NCBI GenBank assembly: GCA_963718525.1
Contig: OY970355.1
Span: 1,440,001 to 1,504,000, forward strand
Length of the DNA stretch: 64,000 bases
Origin: Candidatus Dormiibacterota bacterium
GTDB taxonomy: Bacteria; Chloroflexota; Dormibacteria; Aeolococcales; Aeolococcaceae
Reading direction: 5' to 3'
Below the pieces are notes generated by a model that worked only from the letters and a program-made list of their open reading frames with translations, did no database searches and was not told the origin of the DNA. The number at the start of each line of letters is the position of its first letter. The first letter of the stretch is position 1. Positions 48,205 to 55,738 of this stretch are shown in pieces. Position numbers and translations under genes: made by a program.

Positions 48205-49536
48205 ATGGAGCAGGCTGGAAGCCACGACCTTGTCGGGGCGCGCGCAGACATTCCCGGCTACACACTGGATCGCGGGATCAGCGTCGACCGGGCCGGTGCG
48301 CTTCTCGACGGCCACGACAGCGCGACCGGATCGCGCGTGCTCATCCGGCTGCTCAGCCCTGCGCTGTCCACCGATGCCGCCTTCCGACGTCAGATCCGCC
48401 ACGACATGGCGATCCTCGGCGCGTTGCGGCACCAGCACCTCCTCTCGGTCATGGCGTTCGACGACAAACATGCCGCGATCGTCTACGAGTGGGTGGACGG
48501 AATCACGCTGCGTCACCTGATCGATGTCTCCGGGCGCCTGACGGCGGGCGCGGCGCTGGCCGTCTTCGATGATTCGCTGGCCGCCCTCGAGGCGCTCCAC
48601 GGCGCCGGGATCATCCATTGCGACGTGACGCCGGGCGCGGTCCTGCTCGACACCGACGGCACCGCGATCCTTCGTGACGCGGGTGTTCCGGCGCCGCCGC
48701 TTCGCCGCGGCTGGCGCGCCGGAACGCCCCAGTACATGGCGCCCGAGCTATGGGCCGGAAGACCGCACACGGTGGCAACCGATATCTATGCGGCGACGGG
48801 CGTGCTGGTCGATGCGCTCACCGCGCGTCCCCCGTACCTCGGCACTGATCTCACCGGGCTCGGTGTCCAGCACACCCAGGGAGCGCTGCCCAGTGAGGCG
48901 GTCCCGATGGTCGCGAGGGAGCTGGTGATTCGCGGCCTCGCGAAGGATCCCCGCGACCGGCCGGCGAGCGCCGCGCTGTTCCGTCGTGACGTCGAGGTCG
49001 CTGGAGCGACGTTCCTTGGACCCGGCTGGCGGGAGCAGGGACGTTCGTGGCTGGCGATTGTCGTCGCCGACCGTCTTGCCGACCCTGCCCCCAAATCTCC
49101 GCCGGTCGAATTCATCGACGATGACGACGACACGCTGGTGCCAGGGCTCGCGATGGGCACCGCGGCGGACGCTTCGCGTGCCGCCGGTGTCGGCTGGAAG
49201 GTGTGGTCGGTCGCGGCTGCAGCGGTGATCGCGCTGATCGTGATGGTGATCTTTGCAGCACAGGCGCTCGGGGGTCCCGGAGTTCAGGTCTCGCCGACCC
49301 CGCCACCGGGGCCGATCTTCACGGGACCGTCGAGCGCGCCGACCGACGCCGCCGTGCCGACCAGCATCGACACCGCGGGCGCGCCCTCGGCAACGCCGAC
49401 GGCGCCTCCGTCGGCCACGCCGACAGCGACGCTCGCGCCGAGCACGGTGCCGATCACCATCATCGCGCCCACGCCAACGCCCACCACGACGGCAACTCCG
49501 AGCCCGACGCCGTCATCCAAGCCGACGCCGAAGTGA
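48205..49536 (+). CDS. Membrane Hanks-type Ser/Thr kinase-like protein, probably catalytically degenerate
   Basis: GTPQYMAPE and DIYA retained; VAIK->VLIR, HRDLKPxN->HCDVTPGA, DFG->DAG; TM helix and Pro/Thr tail. Confidence 0.85.
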   Translation: MEQAGSHDLVGARADIPGYTLDRGISVDRAGALLDGHDSATGSRVLIRLLSPALSTDAAFRRQIRHDMAILGALRHQHLLSVMAFDDKHAAIVYEWVDGITLRHLIDVSGRLTAGAALAVFDDSLAALEALHGAGIIHCDVTPGAVLLDTDGTAILRDAGVPAPPLRRGWRAGTPQYMAPELWAGRPHTVATDIYAATGVLVDALTARPPYLGTDLTGLGVQHTQGALPSEAVPMVARELVIRGLAKDPRDRPASAALFRRDVEVAGATFLGPGWREQGRSWLAIVVADRLADPAPKSPPVEFIDDDDDTLVPGLAMGTAADASRAAGVGWKVWSVAAAAVIALIVMVIFAAQALGGPGVQVSPTPPPGPIFTGPSSAPTDAAVPTSIDTAGAPSATPTAPPSATPTATLAPSTVPITIIAPTPTPTTTATPSPTPSSKPTPK

Positions 49537-49547
49537 ACGCGGCACCG

Positions 49548-51716
49548 TCAGGGCGCCGGGATGACGTTGTAGACGTCCCTCGCGTAGTCGAGCATCATCC
49601 TCGCGGCTGAGAAACGCGGGCCATTGGTGCGCAGCGATGCACGCATCCGCTGCACCCAGCCGCGGGGAATGCCGTGCTCATCGCGCTGATAGAAGAGTGG
49701 CACGACCTCGTGCTCGATGATGTCGAAGAGGGTTGCCGCGTCGCGTGAGTCCTGCATGCCGTGGTCGAAGAGGATGTCGCCGGGGATGGCCCATCCGTTG
49801 GTCCCGTTGTAGGCCTCCGCCCACCATCCGTCGAGCACCGAGAGGTTGAGCCCTCCGTTCAGCGCCGATTTCATCCCGCTGGTGCCGCTCGCCTCGAGCG
49901 GTGGCCGTGGGACGTTGATCCACACGTCACAGCCGGCCACCATGTGCTCGGCCGTCGCGAGGCTGTAGTTGTCGAGGAACGAGACCCGGCTCATCGCCGC
50001 GGGCTCGCGCTCGAAGGTGAAGAGTCCCTGCGCTGCGTGCTTGGCCTCCTCGTCCTGCGGGTGCGCCTTGCCGGCGAAGACCATCTGCGCGGGGCGATCC
50101 TTGTTGTCGAGCACGCTGGCGGCACGCGCCGGGTCGAGCGTCAGCAGCTGGATGCGCTTGTACCCCGCGAGACGGCGTGCGAATCCGAAGGTGAGCGCGT
50201 GCTCGTCGAAACCGTTCTCGGCGGCCTCGACATACCAGCGCGGCTCGTCGCGGGCGAGCCGGTTCGCAACACTGCGCTCGCGCACGTACTGCGCGAACTC
50301 GGCGCGCAACGCGTTGCGCAGCGCCCACAGCTCGGCGTCGGGTATGTCGTCCACCCCCCGCCACGTGTCCGGATCGGCGGCGCGCGCGTCCCAACCCGCA
50401 CCGAGGTAGCGATCGAGCAGCTCTCGCATCCGCGGCACCATCCAGGTCGGCACGTGCACGCCGTTGGTGACGTGTCCGATCGGCACCGTGTCGGCGGGTC
50501 GCTCGGGGAACAGCGACTGCCACATCTGCCGGGCGACCTCGCCGTGACGGCGGCTGACCCCGTTGCGCGAGCGGCTCATCTTGATGCCGAGCGGCGTCAT
50601 CACGAACTGCTCGTGGGGGTTGTCCGGCCGGGTGCGGCCGAGATGGAGGAAGCCCTCGAGGTCGAGCCCGGCCTGCTCGGGATAGTCGCCGAGCACCTCG
50701 ACAATCTCGCTGACGTCGTAGCCCTCATTGCCGGCGCTCACGGGAGTGTAAGTCGTGAAGACGGTTCGCTCGCGCGCGGCGGTGAAGGCCTCGTGGCGAG
50801 AGCGTCCGAGCGACATCTCCCGGCGTGCCATCTCCAGCGGCGCGAGCGCGGCGTGGCCCTCGTTGAGGTGCACGACGGAGGGATCCAGCCCCATTGCGTC
50901 GAGCGCCCGCATCGAGCCGATACCGAGGAGCGCGTACTGGGCGAGCCGCGTCGGCCGGTCGGCCACGTAGAGGCGGCTGGTGATCCACTGGTCGATGGCC
51001 GAGTTCTCCGGGCGCTGCGCGTCGAGCAGATAGAGGGGCGTGCGACCGACGTCGAGCCGCCACACCTGAACAACCACGTCACGACCGCGGAGCGGGACCG
51101 TGACGGTCAGCGGGATTCCGCCTTTATGGACAAGAGCGGCGGGAACTCGCTCCGGATCGACCTGGAGCCAGTATTCGAGCTGATATCCGGATCGGTCCAT
51201 GCGTTGCTGGAAATACCCCTGCCGGTAGAGGAGTCCGACACCGACCATCGGGAGCGCCATGTCGGACGCCTGCTTGAGGATGTCGCCTGCCAGCACGCCC
51301 AGGCCGCCCGCGTAGATGGGCAGGGATCGGTGCACCGCGAACTCGGCGCAGAGAAAGGCCACCGGGTGCAGCGGTGTCGCCCTCCCCTCGATGGGCGGAC
51401 GGCTCAACTCGTGGTCGAGCGCACCGACAAGGTCGTGGAGTCGATGGAGCATCGTCGCGTCACCCGCGACGCGCTCGAGGGTCGCCGACGAGGTCTCATC
51501 GAGGAGGCGGATGGGATTGTGGTTGCTCGTCTCCCAGCGCACGGGGTCGATCATCCGAAAGACGTCGTCGCCGCCATGCCACCACGACCACGCGTAGTTG
51601 TAGGCGAGCCGTGCGAGCGGCTCGAGTGGTGACGGCAGCCGCGCTGCGAGGTCCGACGCCGCGTGGTCGATATCCTCGCTGCCGTCCGCAAGCGTGGCGG
51701 TGGCGAGCTCGGTCAT
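49548..51716 (-). CDS. glgP: Alpha-glucan (glycogen) phosphorylase
   Basis: YAGGLGVLAGD, HLNEGH, TNGVH, FARRLAGYKR, GKAHPQD, EASGTSGMK. Confidence 0.95.
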   Translation of the reverse strand: MTELATATLADGSEDIDHAASDLAARLPSPLEPLARLAYNYAWSWWHGGDDVFRMIDPVRWETSNHNPIRLLDETSSATLERVAGDATMLHRLHDLVGALDHELSRPPIEGRATPLHPVAFLCAEFAVHRSLPIYAGGLGVLAGDILKQASDMALPMVGVGLLYRQGYFQQRMDRSGYQLEYWLQVDPERVPAALVHKGGIPLTVTVPLRGRDVVVQVWRLDVGRTPLYLLDAQRPENSAIDQWITSRLYVADRPTRLAQYALLGIGSMRALDAMGLDPSVVHLNEGHAALAPLEMARREMSLGRSRHEAFTAARERTVFTTYTPVSAGNEGYDVSEIVEVLGDYPEQAGLDLEGFLHLGRTRPDNPHEQFVMTPLGIKMSRSRNGVSRRHGEVARQMWQSLFPERPADTVPIGHVTNGVHVPTWMVPRMRELLDRYLGAGWDARAADPDTWRGVDDIPDAELWALRNALRAEFAQYVRERSVANRLARDEPRWYVEAAENGFDEHALTFGFARRLAGYKRIQLLTLDPARAASVLDNKDRPAQMVFAGKAHPQDEEAKHAAQGLFTFEREPAAMSRVSFLDNYSLATAEHMVAGCDVWINVPRPPLEASGTSGMKSALNGGLNLSVLDGWWAEAYNGTNGWAIPGDILFDHGMQDSRDAATLFDIIEHEVVPLFYQRDEHGIPRGWVQRMRASLRTNGPRFSAARMMLDYARDVYNVIPAP

Positions 51717-52420
51717 TGCCTGCCGCCGGATTCTGCCAGAGCCTGCTGCAACGCCGCCACGCCGCCCTTTGAACCGCCGGCGTGCCGGAACACCGCGGTC
51801 CCGGCGACGAGCACGTCCGCACCCGCGTCGACACAGGCCTTCGCATTGGTGGCGTCGACACCGCCGTCCACCTCGACTTCGGTATCCAGCCCCTGGCGTT
51901 CGACCTCACGCCGCACCTGCTCCACCTTGAGCAAGGTGCGCGGTATCAACGACTGTCCGCCAAATCCAGGGTCGATGGTCATGACGAGCGCAAGGTCACA
52001 CGCTTCGAGAATGTCGTCGAGCATCTGCGCGGGGGTGCTGGGATTGATCGCTGCGCCGGATCGGCAGTCGAGTGTGCGGATGGTCGACAGCGTGCGGTGC
52101 AGGTTGGGACACACCTCATAGTGCACGGTGATCGCATCCGCTCCGGCAGTGGCGAACGTGCTCAGATGCGCGTCGGGATTGACGATCATCAGGTGCAGCT
52201 CGAGCGGCAGCGAGGTCGCGCGCCGGAGCACGCGCACCGTCTCGACGCCGAAGGTGAAGTTGGGCACGAAGACGCCATCCATGACATCGACGTGGATGCG
52301 CTCGGCCCCGGTGTCCTCGAGGTCGTGCGCGGCGTTCGCGATATGTCCGAAGTCAGCGGCGAGCAGGCTCGGCGCGATCCGGACAGCATCTCGGCAGGGC
52401 TTCCAGGTCGATCGCGGCAT
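51713..52420 (-). CDS. rpe: Ribulose-phosphate 3-epimerase
   Basis: IAPSLLAADF, HVDVMDG.FVPNFTFG, HLMI, PGFGGQ, VDGG. Confidence 0.95.
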   Translation of the reverse strand: MPRSTWKPCRDAVRIAPSLLAADFGHIANAAHDLEDTGAERIHVDVMDGVFVPNFTFGVETVRVLRRATSLPLELHLMIVNPDAHLSTFATAGADAITVHYEVCPNLHRTLSTIRTLDCRSGAAINPSTPAQMLDDILEACDLALVMTIDPGFGGQSLIPRTLLKVEQVRREVERQGLDTEVEVDGGVDATNAKACVDAGADVLVAGTAVFRHAGGSKGGVAALQQALAESGGRQ

Positions 52421-52473
52421 CCCGCGGATTCTGGCAGACGCGGGTGAGCCGGCTACCGAAATTATCCGAGCCG

Positions 52474-53214
52474 TCACCCTGCCGCGGCAGCGGCGTCGAG
52501 GAACCAGGCGAGCGTGCCATCGATCGGGCGGACCCGTGACGCGGGAGCCTCGCCCCGGGCGGTGGCGACCAGCGCAGGGTGCTTGGACGCGCCCGTCACC
52601 ATGAACCCGACTGCTGCCGCGGCGTTGATCGCGGGGAAGGTGAGCGTCATCCGGTCATATGGTTCGTAGTCGGCGAGGCCGCGTGTCGCCCAGCGATCGA
52701 CCACGTTGAGGGCCGGGGTCCCGGGGAACAGTGACGCGGTATGGCCGTTCTCGCCGAGGCCGAGGAGGACCACATCGAGGCGCGGTGCACCGCCGGGTCC
52801 GGCCGGTAGCGAGCTTGCAAGCAGATCCGAGTATTCGGCCGCGGCCGCATCGAGATCGGGGCGTTCAGCCGGCATCCGGTGCACTCTGTCGGGGTCGATG
52901 GGAACACGGCTCAGCAGCGTGGTCTGCGCGAGATGGAAGTTGCTGCGGGGATCATCCGGTGGGCAGGCGCGCTCATCGGCGAAGTAGACGTTCCACCAGG
53001 TCCAGTCGATCCGTCCCCGCCAATCGCCCCCCACGAGGAGTTCGTTGAGGAGACGCGGCGTGCTGCCCCCTGAGAGGGCTATCGAGAAGCTGCCGTGGTC
53101 GGCGTGGGCGCGACGGCACTCGGCGGCGAGCCAGGTCGCAACCGCGTCGGCGACCTCCGGCGCCGTCTCACTGACGACGCGCTCGCCGGCCAGATCGTCG
53201 AGCGCACCCGCCAT
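52474..53214 (-). CDS. pgl: 6-phosphogluconolactonase
   Basis: LSGGSTP, FADER, SNF, LGLGENGHTASLFP, RMTLTFP. Confidence 0.93.
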   Translation of the reverse strand: MAGALDDLAGERVVSETAPEVADAVATWLAAECRRAHADHGSFSIALSGGSTPRLLNELLVGGDWRGRIDWTWWNVYFADERACPPDDPRSNFHLAQTTLLSRVPIDPDRVHRMPAERPDLDAAAAEYSDLLASSLPAGPGGAPRLDVVLLGLGENGHTASLFPGTPALNVVDRWATRGLADYEPYDRMTLTFPAINAAAAVGFMVTGASKHPALVATARGEAPASRVRPIDGTLAWFLDAAAAAG

Positions 53215-53221
53215 GGCCACG

Positions 53222-54781
53222 TCAGGGGACGTGCCAGGCCCGTCCGTCGCGCGCCATGAACGCGTGCAACTCCTCGGGACCCCATGTGCCCGACGGGTAA
53301 TTCGGGGAATGGACGGCGTCGGGAGGATGCGCGCGCCAGCCGTCGAGAATGGCGGTGCAGAAGCGCCACGCCTCCTCGACCTCGTCCTCGCGCGCGAAGA
53401 GAGTCGGGTCACCGCGCATGCAGTCGAGCAGCAGGCGCTCGTACGCATCGGGAGATTGCTCGCGGAAGGCCGTGCCGTAGATGAAGTCCATGTTCACGGA
53501 CTCGATCCGGAGCGCCTGGCCGGGGATCTTCGCGCCGAAACGCAACGTGATCCCCTCGTCCGGCTGAATGCGCAGGATGAGCAGGTTCGGCTCGATGCCG
53601 TCCGTGGGCACCGCGCCCGATGCCAGCGGGACGCTGCCGGCGAACGGCGAATGGGGCACGCGACGGAACTGGATGACAATCTCCGTGGCTCGCTTCGCCA
53701 GGCGTTTGCCGGTGCGCAGGTAGAAGGGCGTTCCCGCCCAGCGCCAGTTGTCGATATCCACCTTGAGCGCGACAAAGGTCTCGCGAAGTGAGGTGGGCGA
53801 GACGCCTTTCTCCTCACGGTACCCGGTCACCGGCTCGCCGTTGATGAGTCCTGCTGAATACTGTCCGCGCACCGAGTGAGACAGCGCGTCGTCGGGATGG
53901 ATCGGCCGCACGGCTCGGAGCAGCTTGACCTTCTCGTCACGAACCATCTCAGCCTGAAAGTTCGACGGCGCCTCCATGCCGACGATTGCCACCAGCTGCA
54001 TGATGTGGTTCTGGACGATGTCGCGCAACGCACCGGCGCTCTCGTAGTACGCGCCTCGACCCTCCACGCCGATCTGCTCCGCCACGGTGATCTGGACGTG
54101 GTCGATGTACTGCCGGTTCCACAACGGCTCGAAGATCCCGTTGGCGAATCGGAAGACGAGCAGGTTCTGAACGGTCTCCTTGCCCAGGTAATGGTCGATG
54201 CGATAGATCTGCTCTTCGGTGAAGGCGGTATGGAGGCGCGCATTGAGCTCGCGCGCGCTGGCAAGGTCGCGCCCGAACGGCTTCTCGATGATGGTGCGCA
54301 CGAACGTGCCGGGAACCTGAGTGGTCAGACCGGCGGCGTTGAGCCCATCCGCGAGCGGCGTGACGGCGGTTGGTGGTGTGCTGAAGTAGAGCAGCCGGTT
54401 GCCTCGAGTGCCGCGTTCGGCGTCCGCCGCCTCGAGCGCGCGCTTGAGTGCGTCGAAACCATCCGGGGCTTCGAGCTCGTACGTCACGTACCAGAGTCCG
54501 GCGGCGAATTTCTCCCACACGTCGTTGCGAAGCTGCACGCGTCCGTACTGCTCCACGCCTTCGCGCATGTCGGCGCGGAACTCATCGTCGCTCAGGTGAC
54601 TGCGTGCGGCGCCGATGACCGTGAAACCGTCCGGCAGACTTCCTTCCGCCGCCAGCGCATACAGAGCGGGGACGAGCTTGCGTTTGGTGAGGTCGCCGCT
54701 GGCGCCGAAGATCACGACGCAGCACGGAACCGGTATCCGCGGTTCCTTGCGTCGCTCGTAGCGCGGGTGCTCCGCGATCAG
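53222..54781 (-). CDS. zwf: Glucose-6-phosphate 1-dehydrogenase
   Basis: IFGASGDL, EKPFG, RIDHYLGKE, LRTGKRL, AYERL; first GTG is at 54715 but the frame and homology extend to about 54781. Confidence 0.95.
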   Translation of the reverse strand: MIAEHPRYERRKEPRIPVPCCVVIFGASGDLTKRKLVPALYALAAEGSLPDGFTVIGAARSHLSDDEFRADMREGVEQYGRVQLRNDVWEKFAAGLWYVTYELEAPDGFDALKRALEAADAERGTRGNRLLYFSTPPTAVTPLADGLNAAGLTTQVPGTFVRTIIEKPFGRDLASARELNARLHTAFTEEQIYRIDHYLGKETVQNLLVFRFANGIFEPLWNRQYIDHVQITVAEQIGVEGRGAYYESAGALRDIVQNHIMQLVAIVGMEAPSNFQAEMVRDEKVKLLRAVRPIHPDDALSHSVRGQYSAGLINGEPVTGYREEKGVSPTSLRETFVALKVDIDNWRWAGTPFYLRTGKRLAKRATEIVIQFRRVPHSPFAGSVPLASGAVPTDGIEPNLLILRIQPDEGITLRFGAKIPGQALRIESVNMDFIYGTAFREQSPDAYERLLLDCMRGDPTLFAREDEVEEAWRFCTAILDGWRAHPPDAVHSPNYPSGTWGPEELHAFMARDGRAWHVP

Positions 54782-55710
54782 TGTGATGCCGCGGTCCCCG
54801 CAGGCAACTCGGCCTTCACCGGGTGGCCGCCGAATTCGTTGCGGAGCGCGGCGATCACCTTGTTGCCGAAGCCGTCAGTCAGGCGCGACTGGAACCGCAT
54901 GAACAGCGACATCGCCAGCACCGGAGCGGGCACTGAGAGCTGCATCGCCTCCTCGACGGTCCAGCGTCCCTCGCCGGAGTCGTCGACCCACCCGCGCAGC
55001 TGGCTCAGCTGCGGATCGCGGGCGAACGCACGCTCAGCGAGTTCGAGCAGCCAGGAGCGCACCACGCTCCCCTGGTTCCACAGGTGCGCGATCGCGTGGA
55101 GATCGAGTTCGCCGAAGTCCTGCTTCGCCTGCATGATCGCGAACCCCTCGGCATACGCCTGGAGCATCCCGTACTCGATGCCGTTGTGCACCATCTTGAT
55201 GAAGTGCCCAGACCCGGATGGCCCGACATGCAGGAAGCCGTCTGGGGGCGCGAGGGTTGTGAAGATCGGGCGCCAGTGGTCGATGGTTGCCTTGTCACCG
55301 CCGGCCATGAGGCAGTACCCAACCTCCAGGCCCCAGATCCCGCCGCTGGTTCCTGCGTCGATGAAGTTGATGCCGCGTTCGACGCTGCTCGCAGCTCGCG
55401 CGATCGAGTCGTGGTAGTTGCTGTTGCCGCCGTCGATGATCGTGTCACCCTTCTCGAGCAGCGATTGCAGCGCAGCCACCGTGTCGTCCGTCACCTTTCC
55501 CGACGGGACCATGATCCAGACGCCGCGTGGTTTGTCGAGCGCAGCGATGAGTTCGTCGATGCTACCGGTCGTGGTGGCGCCGAATGCCTCGACGGTCGCG
55601 CGTGCCTCCGGGTTGGGATCGTACGCGACGACCGCGTGATCACCGTCGCGACGCAGCCGGTGCACCATGTTGCTGCCCATCCTGCCGAGCCCGACGAAAC
55701 CGATCTGCAT
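54778..55710 (-). CDS. gnd: 6-phosphogluconate dehydrogenase, decarboxylating (short form)
   Basis: MQIGFVGLGRMG, IDGGNS, DAGTSGG, KMVHNGIEYG, DSGEGRWT, RNEFGGH. Confidence 0.95.
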   Translation of the reverse strand: MQIGFVGLGRMGSNMVHRLRRDGDHAVVAYDPNPEARATVEAFGATTTGSIDELIAALDKPRGVWIMVPSGKVTDDTVAALQSLLEKGDTIIDGGNSNYHDSIARAASSVERGINFIDAGTSGGIWGLEVGYCLMAGGDKATIDHWRPIFTTLAPPDGFLHVGPSGSGHFIKMVHNGIEYGMLQAYAEGFAIMQAKQDFGELDLHAIAHLWNQGSVVRSWLLELAERAFARDPQLSQLRGWVDDSGEGRWTVEEAMQLSVPAPVLAMSLFMRFQSRLTDGFGNKVIAALRNEFGGHPVKAELPAGTAASH

Positions 55711-55738
55711 GGTGATGAGTCCTTGTGTGTGGCGGCGC

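Noticed and set aside
49295-49533. Repetitive (C/A)CG-rich stretch
   Set aside because: Pro/Thr low-complexity protein tail, with no spacer-repeat periodicity
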